From Candidatus Gottesmanbacteria bacterium (GTDB taxonomy: Bacteria; Patescibacteriota; Microgenomatia; UBA10105; UBA927): a stretch of 64,000 bases of DNA. This document shows, one piece after another, positions 1 to 10,038 of this stretch. Numbering within the stretch: the first letter of the stretch is position 1; every line of letters starts with the position of its first letter. Made by a program: the position numbers and the translations under genes. The stretch spans positions 427,282-491,281 of the forward strand of contig JAHFKK010000001.1 of the NCBI GenBank assembly GCA_023245335.1, given 5' to 3'. The notes beneath the pieces were generated by a model. It was not told the DNA's origin. It was given only the letters and a program-made list of their open reading frames with translations, and ran no database searches.

Positions 1-27
1 ATATAATATGTATTTATCGTTACACAT

Positions 28-423
28 ATGGCGAAAGTATCAATGAAGGACGAACCGCATGTAGAAATTTTCGGTGACTCGATGGGTAGGCATCACCACC
101 GTGACTCCGGCAGTGTCGTATGGGGAGTCATGCTCCTTCTCGGAGGATGTATGCTTCTTCTCAACACCATGAATGCCGTGCCGTGGCAGGTATGGGATTA
201 CATCGGGCACTTCTGGCCGATACTATTTATTTTCATGGGACTACAGGTCATATTCGGGAACACGATACTTGCCAGTATTATTCTTTTCGTGACGTCCGTT
301 ATCGCATTCGGACTCATATTCGTCGCATCACTCCAGTGGATCGGGTCTCCCATCGTCGCGCATATGAATTTGTCGCCGGAAGTATCGGCAGTATTAGATT
401 TCATAAGGAGGATTAGGATATGA
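28..423 (+). CDS. hypothetical multi-pass membrane protein
   Basis: 131 aa ORF with several hydrophobic segments; overlaps the next ORF by 4 nt (ATGA), which suggests an operon. Confidence 0.35.
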   Translation: MAKVSMKDEPHVEIFGDSMGRHHHRDSGSVVWGVMLLLGGCMLLLNTMNAVPWQVWDYIGHFWPILFIFMGLQVIFGNTILASIILFVTSVIAFGLIFVASLQWIGSPIVAHMNLSPEVSAVLDFIRRIRI

Positions 424-923
424 CAACCGGCAGACTCATCATCGGATTCTTTTTATTGGCGATTGGTATCAGCGCATTGACCGGATTTGATATTTTCCAT
501 TACATCGTGCCGTTTATCTTTATCTATTTCGGTATACGGTTACTTACCGGCCGGAGTTGGCGGCATGGGGAGATCAAAGGAATAAATGTCCGTCAGGACA
601 GCCTGAACGAAGTGCTTATTTTTAGCGGTAGTGAGAAACATCTCACGTCTGCGGATTTCGGCGGGGGAAAAGTCGCCGTGATATTCGCCGGTACGGACAT
701 TGACCTTTCCGCCGTCAAAACCAAATCAAAAACCGTGGAACTGGAAGTCGTCGCGGTCTTTGGCGGAGCGAAAGTGCGCGTGCCGAAAAGTTGGCACGTG
801 ACGACGGAAGGAGCCGGGATCATGGGCGGATTTGAAAACCGTACGTCCGGAGACAAAGACACGACATGTAAACTGGTCGCCAAAGGCGCCGCTATCTTCG
901 GCGGCGTCGAGATCTTCAATTAG
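420..923 (+). CDS. LiaF-like / DUF2154-type (toastrack-like) membrane protein
   Basis: two N-terminal TM segments, then a Gly-rich beta-rich C-terminal region (GGAKVRVPKSWHVTTEGAGIMGGFENRTSGD) that resembles the LiaF C-terminal domain from memory. Confidence 0.35.
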   Translation: MTTGRLIIGFFLLAIGISALTGFDIFHYIVPFIFIYFGIRLLTGRSWRHGEIKGINVRQDSLNEVLIFSGSEKHLTSADFGGGKVAVIFAGTDIDLSAVKTKSKTVELEVVAVFGGAKVRVPKSWHVTTEGAGIMGGFENRTSGDKDTTCKLVAKGAAIFGGVEIFN

Positions 924-957
924 TCCCGTAGGCTGTGCTAGTGATATACTTTAGTCC

Positions 958-1719
958 ATGGCATGGACGCACGGCAGTAGATTGTATCAACCGGGTTCAG
1001 TCGTTCCCTTTAAAGTCAGCCGGAGTAAGATCGATCTTTTCCTCGAATGTCCCCGGTGTTTTTACCTGGACCGCCGTCTCGGCATCTCGCGTCCCAGTAT
1101 GCCCGGATTCTCATTAAACTCCGCAGTCGATACGCTCCTCAAGAAAGAATTTGATCTCCTCCGTGAGAAGGGCGAGAAGCACGAACTCATGACGCGCTAT
1201 GGCGTAGATGCACTGCCGTTTGTCCACAAGGATCTGAATACCTGGCGCGAAAACTTCACCGGCAAGCAGGTGCTGCACGAACAAACGAACTTCCTCGTCT
1301 TTGGCGCCGTTGACGACCTGTGGGTGAACTCGAAGAAAGAATTAATTATCGTGGATTACAAATCGACGTCCACGGAAAAGGAGATTTCCCTGAATGACCA
1401 ATGGAAGCAGGGCTACAAAAAACAGCTGGAAGTCTACCAATGGATTTTCCGTGCGAGCGGATTTACCGTTTCCGACATCGCGTACATCGTGTATGCCAAT
1501 GCCTCGAAAAACCGCGAAGAGTTCGACGGCAAGCTGGAATTTGCGCTTACGCTCCTGGCACACAAGGGACATGCGGATTGGATAGAACCGACGCTTATCG
1601 GCATGAAAGCCTGCCTCGACGGGATAGAGGTGCCAGACGCATCGAGCGCGTGTGAATACTGCACCTATCGAAAAAAAGCGGCTGGTTACGAGGGATCACA
1701 GGGACAGCTATTGTTGTGA
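958..1719 (+). CDS. PD-(D/E)XK nuclease, Cas4/RecB-like with Fe-S cluster cysteines
   Basis: N-terminal ECPRCFYLD; central IIVDYKS (D-x-K) and QLEVYQW (QxxxY) motifs; C-terminal C-x2-C (ACEYCTYRK). Confidence 0.6.
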   Translation: MAWTHGSRLYQPGSVVPFKVSRSKIDLFLECPRCFYLDRRLGISRPSMPGFSLNSAVDTLLKKEFDLLREKGEKHELMTRYGVDALPFVHKDLNTWRENFTGKQVLHEQTNFLVFGAVDDLWVNSKKELIIVDYKSTSTEKEISLNDQWKQGYKKQLEVYQWIFRASGFTVSDIAYIVYANASKNREEFDGKLEFALTLLAHKGHADWIEPTLIGMKACLDGIEVPDASSACEYCTYRKKAAGYEGSQGQLLL

Positions 1720-1731
1720 TAGAGTATATAT

Positions 1732-2241
1732 ATGAAGCGCCGCTCCCACGGTAGTCGACCGAAGAAGTCATTTTCCATTATCGCACTCGGCGGGTGGATT
1801 CTCCTGTGTGAAGCTGTCGGTTTGGTCGCAGGTATGTTTACCATCCCACAGATTCCCGTGTGGTATGCGACATTGATGAAGCCTTCATTCAGTCCTCCTA
1901 ACTGGGTATTCGGCCCGGTGTGGACAATTCTTTATGCGCTTATGGGGATAGCTGCATATCGTATTTGGATCTTGGGAATAAAGAATCCTGCCGTACGTAC
2001 GAACATCGTTCTGTTTACCGCACAACTTGTATTTAATTTTTTGTGGTCTTTCATTTTTTTCTCCCTACACAGTATTCCTGCCGCATTTGTGGATATATCC
2101 ATTCTTTGGATACTCATCGTCTTTTTGGTTGTGCGCATGGAACAGCTGGATAAAACAGCAGGGTATCTCATGACCCCGTATTTGCTGTGGGTATCCTTTG
2201 CGATGGTCCTCAACTATAGCCTCTGGCTACTAAACCCCTGA
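1732..2241 (+). CDS. tspO: TspO/MBR family tryptophan-rich sensory protein
   Basis: 169 aa, five TM helices, Trp-rich, family-typical WxPP..W..W layout. Confidence 0.75.
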   Translation: MKRRSHGSRPKKSFSIIALGGWILLCEAVGLVAGMFTIPQIPVWYATLMKPSFSPPNWVFGPVWTILYALMGIAAYRIWILGIKNPAVRTNIVLFTAQLVFNFLWSFIFFSLHSIPAAFVDISILWILIVFLVVRMEQLDKTAGYLMTPYLLWVSFAMVLNYSLWLLNP

Positions 2242-2249
2242 AATAGTTA

Positions 2250-2666
2250 TTAGATCCACACGGCGAGGATGATGCCGGAAACGACGAGACACACAAGCTG
2301 ATAGCCGCTATTTATAAGAAATAGTGTCCACGGTTTGCTTTCAAATACGACCGTATTGACCAGGGTGACCGCGACGAATCCCAGCCAGACCATGGCGCCC
2401 AGTGTCGCTCCCTCCATTACCGATGATGTCAGAGTGAGGTCGATAAGTTGTGCGAGTATATAGGCACCGATAAGGGTCGAGATGAAGCTTATTGAATACA
2501 TTTTCGTCATGTGCTTGTTGGCTTCTTTCATTTTTTTCGGGTCGATCTTACTCAGTTTCATCCACTGCTTCCCGAAAAGTGCCGGCGAGTACCATAAGAA
2601 TCCCAGCGCCATGGAGGCAAGTGCAGATACGAGGACTGCCCAGACATTGATAGGTAATAAAAACAT
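2250..2666 (-). CDS. DUF1761-family membrane protein
   Basis: N-terminal INVWAVLVSALASMALGFLWYSPALFGKQW matches the DUF1761 signature from memory. Confidence 0.55.
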   Translation of the reverse strand: MFLLPINVWAVLVSALASMALGFLWYSPALFGKQWMKLSKIDPKKMKEANKHMTKMYSISFISTLIGAYILAQLIDLTLTSSVMEGATLGAMVWLGFVAVTLVNTVVFESKPWTLFLINSGYQLVCLVVSGIILAVWI

Positions 2667-2739
2667 AATGTTTCCTCCTTATGTACTATAGTATCATAGC
2701 AGATTTTATTCCCTGTCAACGCAGATTGTATGTGTGGGC

Positions 2740-2767
2740 TTGACAAGGAGAAATAGTGATATATAAT
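2740..2767 (+). promoter_or_regulatory. sigma70-type promoter for rpoB (TTGACA-16-TATAAT)
   Basis: TTGACA at 2740-2745 and TATAAT at 2762-2767, about 100 nt upstream of the rpoB ATG. Confidence 0.5.
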
Positions 2768-2792
2768 AATGACTAATTGAATAGCCCAAGAG

Positions 2793-2819
2793 GCGAACGT
2801 TCATTGTTCGCTTCTTTTT
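2793..2819 (+). terminator. leader hairpin plus U-run (putative attenuator) in the rpoB 5' UTR
   Basis: GCGAAC-gttcatt-GTTCGC stem-loop followed by CTTCTTTTT, between the promoter and the rpoB start. Confidence 0.4.
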
Positions 2820-2868
2820 GTCGTTCTTTCCAATTTTTACAAACCGGTCTTGTATTTCAAAGGATTGA

Positions 2869-5800
2869 TTGATGGCATCTAAATCAACTTCACATAAGCG
2901 CGAGTTTTGGGGAACGGACTTCCCGGACCTTCCAAGACTGGATCTGACATTGGTACAGCGCGAGTCGTACCAGTGGTTTCTGGAACGCGGAATCAAGGAA
3001 CTCCTCGAAGAAGTGACCCCCATGACCGATTTCACCGGCAAGAACTGGGAACTCACCCTTGGCGATTATTACTTCGGACGACCACGCCTCACCCCGGAAG
3101 TCGCCCAGGAAAAAGGACTGACCTACGACATGCCTCTCAAAGTAAAAGCAACCCTCACCAATAAACAAACAGGCCACCAGATGTCCCAGGAAGTTTTTTT
3201 GGGTGACATCCCGTCCATGACGGAACGCGGCACTTTTGTGATAAACGGTATCGAGCGGTGTGTGGTCAACCAATTGGTCCGGTCACCGGGCATCTACCTC
3301 ACCGGAGAAGTGGATCCTACCACGGGACGTACATTATATAGTGCAGAGATCCGGCCGATGCATGGCAGTTGGCTCGAATTTTTCATTACCCGAAACGACG
3401 TTCTCATGGTTAGGATAGACCGCCGTCGCAAGTTCGTTGCCTCCACCTTCCTTCGTGCAGTCGGCTATGGCACGAACGAGGAAATTGAACGGATACTGAA
3501 AGACGCCGACACGAACCCGGATCACCAGTTTACCAAGGCAACGCTTGCCAAAGATACGACTACCAACCAAAACGAAGCAGTCCTTGAACTCTACCGCAAA
3601 CTTCGCCCGGGAGAGCCCATCGTCCTTGATAATGCTCAGGAGCTATTGCGGACGATGTTTTTTGACTATCGCCGCTATTCACTTGAGCGTGTAGGACGCT
3701 ACAAGATGAATAAAAAGCTAAAATTGAATGTCGCAAACGAAAAAGCAAACTGGGTTCTCACCAAAGATGATATCGTTGGCGGTATCCAGTACCTCATGAA
3801 TCTCGCGAACGGTAAAGGGGATGTCGATGATATCGATCACCTGGGAAACCGTCGGGTACGCCGTGTCGGCGAGCTCGTAGCAACCAATGCATTCCGCGTA
3901 GGTTTATTGCGTTTGGAGCGTTCTATCCGGGAAAAAATGAGCTTAGCAGGTCCCAATGCCGAAGACCTTACCCCGAGTCATCTGGTCAATGCGCGACCGA
4001 TTATCGCATCCATTAACGACTTTTTCCGTACCTCACAACTTTCGACCATCCTCGACCAAACGAATCCCTTAGCAGAAATAGACAACTTGAGAAGGCTTAC
4101 GGTTATGGGTGTCGGCGGTATTTCCCGCGAGCGCGCAAGCTTCTCTATCCGGGACATTAATGCATCCCAATACGGCCGTGTCGATCCGGTCAGATCACCG
4201 GAAGGACCGAACATCGGATTGGTCACCTACATGGCGCTCTATTCACGGGTCAACGAATACGGATTCCTGGAGACTCCCTATAGGAAAGCCGAAAAAGTGA
4301 GCCATGGCGGCACACAAAAAGTACGGGTGACCGCCGCGATAGAGTACCTTGATGCCAACGATGAAATGTATCACTACATCACCCACGCAGATTTGCCGAT
4401 AGACGGTGACGGATTTATCACGGGTACGCGTGTTCCGGTCCGGTACAAAGGCGAATTTTTGGAAACAGACGCTTCCAATATCGAATACATAGACATCGTA
4501 CCGCGACAGGTGGTCGGCGCTCCGGCATCTCTTATTCCGTTTTTGGCCCATGACGAGGCTAACCGGGCGCTTATGGGTACGCACATGCAATGTCAGGCAG
4601 TCCCTCTTTTGGTCCCGCAGTCACCCATCGTGGGTACGGGTATGGAGGGTGCTGTCGTAGAAGCTATGGGACGGTTAGTACGGGCCAAAGATGACGGAGA
4701 AGTGATCTATGCGGATGCGGCTCTCGTCAAAGTGAAGTACAAAAATGGAGATATAGCAAGCTATATGCCGGAAAAGTTTAAACGTACCTCGCAATCAACG
4801 TGTTATAACCAAGAAGTATTGGTCGAGATCGGCCAAAAAGTGGTGAAAGGCGATGTGCTTATCGAAGCTCCAGCATCAGAAAACGGCGAACTCGCACTCG
4901 GCACGAACCTCACGATTGCATACATGAGCTATGAAGGGTTGGGGTATGAAGATGCTATCGTCATTTCCGATCGTCTGGTCCGTGATGATGTTCTCACATC
5001 CGTCCACATAGAAGAGCATGAATGCAGTGTCGTCGACACCAAACTGGGACCGGAAGAAACGACACGGGACATCCCCAATGTCGGAGAAGAAGCACTGCGA
5101 AATCTGGATGAAAACGGCATTGTGGTCATAGGCGCAGATGTAGGACCCAATGACATTCTGGTCGGAAAAATCGCGCCGAAAGGCGAGACGGAACTGACGG
5201 CAGAAGAGCGTTTGCTTCGTGCCATATTCGGTGAAAAAGCCCGTGAGGTCCGTGACACATCGTTGCGTTTGCCGCACGGAGAGCGGGGTACGATTATCGA
5301 TGTTGCGGTTCTTGATAAAGAAAAAGGCGATGAGTTGGAACCGGGCACAAACCGCAAGATTATCGTCAAAGTCGCACAAATGCGTAAAGTCGTCGTCGGA
5401 GACAAGCTTGCCGGCCGACACGGCAACAAAGGCGTCATTTCCAAGATCGTCAAGTCCGGCGACATGCCGTACCTCGCAGACGGAACGGTTATCGACATTA
5501 TCATTTCTCCGCTTTCCGTTCTTTCCCGTATGAATTTGGGACAACTTTTGGAATCACACCTGGGGCTTGCTCAGTCGAAGCTGAATCTCCGAGTCGCATT
5601 GCCGGTTTTCGAACACGTTTCGGAAGAGCGCATGGTCGGTCAGATAAGTAAAGCGAATTTGCCGCTTTCCGGCAAGAGCACCCTCTACGACGGGAAAACC
5701 GGGGAACCGTACAAAGAGCCCATCGTCGTCGGTATCGGGTACATCATGAAGCTTATCCACATGGTCGAGGACAAAACACACGCCCGGTCAACCGGTCCGT

Positions 5801-6246
5801 ATTCACTCGTCACGCAACAACCGCTCGGAGGGAAAGCCCAAATGGGAGGACAGCGCTTGGGAGAAATGGAAGTCTGGGCACTTGAGTCCCACCGCGCCGC
5901 ACATATACTTCAGGAGATGCTGACGATCAAATCCGATGATGTGGTCGGCCGCGCGAAAGCGTTTGAAGCAATCGTCAAAGGCACGGATATCCCGGCCTCT
6001 ACCGTACCGGAGTCGTTTAAAGTATTGGTCAAAGAATTACAGGCGTTGGGACTCAATGTCATCCCGACCGGGGTCGTGACCGTGAAACCTCCCGTCGTTA
6101 CCGATACTGTCAAAGAAGAAGTTGTCGAAAAAGTAGCCAAGGAATTAGCAGTCGAAAGCGGTGAGACCACCGTGACCGATGAAGCGGCAGAAAATCGCGC
6201 AACAGAAGTACCGGCTGAACCGAACGAAGGAGAAAAAAATGGATAA
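2869..6246 (+). CDS. rpoB: DNA-directed RNA polymerase subunit beta
   Basis: 1125 aa, unmistakable RpoB sequence throughout. Confidence 0.97.
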   Translation: MMASKSTSHKREFWGTDFPDLPRLDLTLVQRESYQWFLERGIKELLEEVTPMTDFTGKNWELTLGDYYFGRPRLTPEVAQEKGLTYDMPLKVKATLTNKQTGHQMSQEVFLGDIPSMTERGTFVINGIERCVVNQLVRSPGIYLTGEVDPTTGRTLYSAEIRPMHGSWLEFFITRNDVLMVRIDRRRKFVASTFLRAVGYGTNEEIERILKDADTNPDHQFTKATLAKDTTTNQNEAVLELYRKLRPGEPIVLDNAQELLRTMFFDYRRYSLERVGRYKMNKKLKLNVANEKANWVLTKDDIVGGIQYLMNLANGKGDVDDIDHLGNRRVRRVGELVATNAFRVGLLRLERSIREKMSLAGPNAEDLTPSHLVNARPIIASINDFFRTSQLSTILDQTNPLAEIDNLRRLTVMGVGGISRERASFSIRDINASQYGRVDPVRSPEGPNIGLVTYMALYSRVNEYGFLETPYRKAEKVSHGGTQKVRVTAAIEYLDANDEMYHYITHADLPIDGDGFITGTRVPVRYKGEFLETDASNIEYIDIVPRQVVGAPASLIPFLAHDEANRALMGTHMQCQAVPLLVPQSPIVGTGMEGAVVEAMGRLVRAKDDGEVIYADAALVKVKYKNGDIASYMPEKFKRTSQSTCYNQEVLVEIGQKVVKGDVLIEAPASENGELALGTNLTIAYMSYEGLGYEDAIVISDRLVRDDVLTSVHIEEHECSVVDTKLGPEETTRDIPNVGEEALRNLDENGIVVIGADVGPNDILVGKIAPKGETELTAEERLLRAIFGEKAREVRDTSLRLPHGERGTIIDVAVLDKEKGDELEPGTNRKIIVKVAQMRKVVVGDKLAGRHGNKGVISKIVKSGDMPYLADGTVIDIIISPLSVLSRMNLGQLLESHLGLAQSKLNLRVALPVFEHVSEERMVGQISKANLPLSGKSTLYDGKTGEPYKEPIVVGIGYIMKLIHMVEDKTHARSTGPYSLVTQQPLGGKAQMGGQRLGEMEVWALESHRAAHILQEMLTIKSDDVVGRAKAFEAIVKGTDIPASTVPESFKVLVKELQALGLNVIPTGVVTVKPPVVTDTVKEEVVEKVAKELAVESGETTVTDEAAENRATEVPAEPNEGEKNG

Positions 6247-9200
6247 AAAAGGAAATTTCGCCAACATAGCTGATTTCACCGGGTTACTTATCAAACTTGC
6301 TTCCCCCGATGAAGTGAAAAACTGGTCCTACGGTGAAGTCATCAAGCCGGAGACCATCAACTATCGTACCCTCAAGCCGGAAAAAGACGGATTATTTGAC
6401 GAACGCATCTTCGGGCCGACCAAGGACTGGGAATGTTACTGCGGCAAATACAAGAGAATCCGCTACCGCGGCATCATCTGCGACAAATGCGGAGTCGAAG
6501 TCACACAAAGCAAAGTCCGTCGCGAGCGCATGGGACATATATCGCTTGCCGCTCCGGTTGCGCACGTGTGGTTTTTCAAGGGCGCTCCGAGCAAGCTTTC
6601 ACTTCTTATGGACATTAGTCCTCGGGCTTTGGAGGGTGTCATTTACTTCGCACAGTACCTCGTCGTCCATGTCGATGATGATAATAAGAAAAAGGTGATG
6701 GCCAGTCTCGCGGAACAGGGAGAAAAGCGCGTCGCGGAACTCACCAAACGGATTGATGCAGAAAAAGACAAACGCAAGAAAGAGCTTGCCAAAGAAAAAG
6801 ACGGCGTCCATACCTCTATCCAGGGGAAAGAAGGACAGGATCTCGCCATTTCAGAGCTGACGCTCCGTGAACGTCAGGAACTCGCGAGTCTCGATGAGCA
6901 GGCGCGCAAAGAATCAGAGAAAATTAAAGAAGTCATCGAACAACTGACCGCGATCGTCAAAAGCATTAAGACACTTTCGACCGTTACGGAAGATGAGTAT
7001 CTCCGGCTTTTGGACTATGACGCCGCGTCGTTTTTGAAAGTCGGCATGGGAGCAGAGGCGGTTTTGGAAGTCGTCAAGAAAATTGACCTTGATAAACTCG
7101 CCGCAGAACTGCGGGAAGAGATCCAGAATTCTAGCGGCCAGCGGCATGTGAAGGCGACCAAGCGTCTGCGTGTCGTCGACGGGATGCGTAAATCCGTCAT
7201 CAATCCGTCATGGATGATCATGAATATATTGCCGGTCATCCCGCCGGATTTGCGCCCGATGGTGCAGTTAACCGGCGGACGGTTTGCGACAAGCGATTTG
7301 AATGACCTTTATCGACGTGTCATCAACCGCAACAACCGCTTAAAGCATCTTATGGATTTGGGCGCGCCGGAAATAATCCTGCGGAACGAGAAACGGATGC
7401 TTCAGGAAGCGGTCGATTCGTTAATCGATGCGACGCAAAGGCCAAGCAGCAGAACCGTCATCCAACCACTCCGGTCGTTGTCCGACATGCTGCGCGGGAA
7501 ACAGGGCCGGTTCCGTCAGAACCTCTTGGGTAAACGGGTAGACTACTCGGGTCGGTCAGTCATCGTCGTCGGACCGGAACTTCGGCTCAATCAATGCGGA
7601 ATTCCCAAGGAAATGGCGCTTGAGATGTTTAAGCCTTTTGTCCTTCGCGAACTTATCGTCCGCGGTATTGCTCCGAACGTCAAGAATGCCAAGAACGTAT
7701 TGGAACGCCGGACACCGGAAGTGTACGACATCCTCGAAGAAATCACGAAGAATCATCCGGTCATGCTGAATCGGGCGCCGACGCTGCACAAACTGGGATT
7801 CCAGGCGTTTTATCCGGTCCTTATCGAAGGATCTGCTATCCGGGTACACCCCTGTGTGTGTGCGGGATACAACGCAGACTTCGACGGAGACCAGATGGCA
7901 GTCCACATACCGCTTTCTGCGGCTGCACAAAAGGAAGCCATAGACCTCATGCTGCCGACGCACAACTTGTTGAAACCCGCAGACGGATCACCGATCACCG
8001 TACCGAATAAGGAAATGGTTGTCGGATGCTATTACCTGACCACGACCGATCCGGAAGAAGCCAAAAAAGACGAAAAGTCCTTGCCGGTATTCTCCGATGA
8101 GGAAGAGGCGATGTATGCATACCAGGCCGGGAAAACCGGTCTACGGGAAATGATACGCGTGCGGATCGATAAAGCGCTCGTCGCGACGACCGTCGGACGG
8201 CTTATGTTTAACGAGATATTGCCTGACGGACTCCGGTATATCAATACGCCCGTCAAGGCCGCGACTGTCAAACAGCTCATCACCCAGGCATTTGGCATGT
8301 ATACCAAAGAAGAAGTAACGACCCTCATTGACGCGATCAAAAACATCGGATTTTTCGGAGCGACCATCTGTGGAGGACTTTCCGTGTCGGTATTTGATAA
8401 TGAGATGATCAGCGAAAAGGGCGACATCATAAAAGAAGCCGATGGCAAGGTCATCGAAATCGACCAGAACTTCCAGATGGGTCTTATCACGCTGGAAGAA
8501 AAGAAGCGATTGTCCAACGAAGTCTGGATCGAAATTACGGAGCGCATCGCGGATATGACCTGGGACCGGTTGGCAGATAACAATCCGGTCAAGATGATCA
8601 TCGAGTCCGGCGGTGCCCGGGCCAGCAAAGACCAACTTAAACAACTCTGTGCCATCAAGGGATTGGTCGTCGATCCGCTTGGTAAGATCGTGGAATTGCC
8701 GACCAAAAGCAACTACCGCCAGGGATTGTCCATTTTCGAATACGTGACGAGTACCCGCGGATCCCGAAAAGGACTGACGGATTCGGCCCTCAAGACTGCA
8801 GATGCAGGATATCTGACCCGACGGCTCGTCGATGTGGCACATGACATGATCGTCCGTGTCGGCGACTGCGGCACCAGCGAAGGATGGACGGTATCGAGAA
8901 AAGACGGACGCCAGACTGCATTTGGTACCCGTATTGTCGGCAGGTTCAGTGCGGAAGATGTCGTCGTACCGGGAACGAAGAAGACATTAGTGAAAAAAGG
9001 CGAAGAGATTACCGACGATGTCGCCAAAGCAATCGACGAATCTACCGTTGAGACGGTACTGGTCCGTTCACCGATTGCCTGTCAGGCAAAAATCGGTATC
9101 TGCGCGACCTGTTATGGCCGTGATTACTCGACGACCAAGCTTGTCGAAATCGGAACTCCCGTTGGAGTCATGGCAGCACAGTCTATCGGAGAGCCGGGTA

Positions 9201-9961
9201 CACAACTCACGATGCGGGTACGTCACGCGGGAGGAATCGTCGGACTCGACGTAACCCAAGGTTTGCCGCGTGTGGAAGAGCTTTTTGAGTCCCGCACGCC
9301 CCGGAATCTTTCACCTGTATCCGAGATTGCCGGAAAAGTGGAGATTACCGAAACAGAGCAAGGATATAAAGTACGGGTAAGGAATACCGCGATGAAACCG
9401 CCGGAAGAGCGGGAATACAGCATTGCCCTCACCAGTGAACTTCTGGTGAAAGAAGGGGACCTGGTTGCGGCCGGAGATCAGTTGGCAGGCGGGTATCTCG
9501 ATATCAAAGAAGTCCTGCAGGTCCGCGGACAGACCGGAGCCCAGCTCTATCTCATAAGCGAGATACAGAAAGTCTACGAATCACAAGGAATCTCTATCCA
9601 TGACAAGCATTTTGAAGTCATTGTCCGGAAGATGAGCGATAAAGTACGTATCGACACATCCGGAGATACGGTACTTCTGCCGGGCGAGCTGGTCGACAAA
9701 AACAGGTTCCATGAGGAAAACGCACGAGTCCTTGCCGAAGGCGGAGAGCCGGCGACCGCAAACATCACGATGCTTGGAATTACGCGTGCGTCTTTGTACA
9801 CCGAATCCTGGTTGTCCGCTGCAAGTTTCCAGGAAACGACCAACGTATTGACCGATGCGGCGCTTGCCAATAAGGAAGATAAGTTGTTGGGACTCAAAGA
9901 AAACGTTATAATCGGAAGACTCATTCCGGTCTCACCCGAACGGGCGATGATGCAAAACTAG
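6239..9961 (+). CDS. rpoC: DNA-directed RNA polymerase subunit beta'
   Basis: RpoC motifs including NADFDGD and the zinc-binding Cys; likely start is ATG 6239 (MDKKGNF, preceded by GAAGGAG) rather than the ORF-track start 6179; overlaps the rpoB stop by 8 nt. Confidence 0.95.
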   Translation: MDKKGNFANIADFTGLLIKLASPDEVKNWSYGEVIKPETINYRTLKPEKDGLFDERIFGPTKDWECYCGKYKRIRYRGIICDKCGVEVTQSKVRRERMGHISLAAPVAHVWFFKGAPSKLSLLMDISPRALEGVIYFAQYLVVHVDDDNKKKVMASLAEQGEKRVAELTKRIDAEKDKRKKELAKEKDGVHTSIQGKEGQDLAISELTLRERQELASLDEQARKESEKIKEVIEQLTAIVKSIKTLSTVTEDEYLRLLDYDAASFLKVGMGAEAVLEVVKKIDLDKLAAELREEIQNSSGQRHVKATKRLRVVDGMRKSVINPSWMIMNILPVIPPDLRPMVQLTGGRFATSDLNDLYRRVINRNNRLKHLMDLGAPEIILRNEKRMLQEAVDSLIDATQRPSSRTVIQPLRSLSDMLRGKQGRFRQNLLGKRVDYSGRSVIVVGPELRLNQCGIPKEMALEMFKPFVLRELIVRGIAPNVKNAKNVLERRTPEVYDILEEITKNHPVMLNRAPTLHKLGFQAFYPVLIEGSAIRVHPCVCAGYNADFDGDQMAVHIPLSAAAQKEAIDLMLPTHNLLKPADGSPITVPNKEMVVGCYYLTTTDPEEAKKDEKSLPVFSDEEEAMYAYQAGKTGLREMIRVRIDKALVATTVGRLMFNEILPDGLRYINTPVKAATVKQLITQAFGMYTKEEVTTLIDAIKNIGFFGATICGGLSVSVFDNEMISEKGDIIKEADGKVIEIDQNFQMGLITLEEKKRLSNEVWIEITERIADMTWDRLADNNPVKMIIESGGARASKDQLKQLCAIKGLVVDPLGKIVELPTKSNYRQGLSIFEYVTSTRGSRKGLTDSALKTADAGYLTRRLVDVAHDMIVRVGDCGTSEGWTVSRKDGRQTAFGTRIVGRFSAEDVVVPGTKKTLVKKGEEITDDVAKAIDESTVETVLVRSPIACQAKIGICATCYGRDYSTTKLVEIGTPVGVMAAQSIGEPGTQLTMRVRHAGGIVGLDVTQGLPRVEELFESRTPRNLSPVSEIAGKVEITETEQGYKVRVRNTAMKPPEEREYSIALTSELLVKEGDLVAAGDQLAGGYLDIKEVLQVRGQTGAQLYLISEIQKVYESQGISIHDKHFEVIVRKMSDKVRIDTSGDTVLLPGELVDKNRFHEENARVLAEGGEPATANITMLGITRASLYTESWLSAASFQETTNVLTDAALANKEDKLLGLKENVIIGRLIPVSPERAMMQN

Positions 9962-10038
9962 AAAGGAGTGAGTAGAGAGTAGAAAGACAGATAACGATAT
10001 AGCCATATTTCTACTTACTGTTTACTATTTACAGAATT
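9962..10038. repeat. AGTAG-rich imperfect palindrome in the rpoC-rpsL spacer
   Basis: GAGTGAGTAGAGAGTAGAAAG ... TTTCTACTTACTGTTTACTATTTAC; shares GAGAGTAG, GTGAGTAG and TATTTAC blocks with the element at 25844-25921. Confidence 0.35.

Noticed and set aside
4876-5544. 222 aa and 191 aa minus-strand ORFs, plus other antisense ORFs inside rpoB
   Set aside because: They lie entirely within the well-supported rpoB reading frame on the opposite strand, and their composition is the mirror of coding sequence. No start context or family signal.
6179-6238. 20 aa N-terminal extension of RpoC from the ORF-track start
   Set aside because: It overlaps the rpoB 3' end by 68 nt; the internal ATG 6239 has a GAAGGAG SD and matches the usual RpoC N-terminus.
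8032-8842. 226 aa and 233 aa minus-strand ORFs inside rpoC
   Set aside because: Antisense to an unambiguous rpoC; Ser/Arg-rich low-complexity translation typical of antisense frames.
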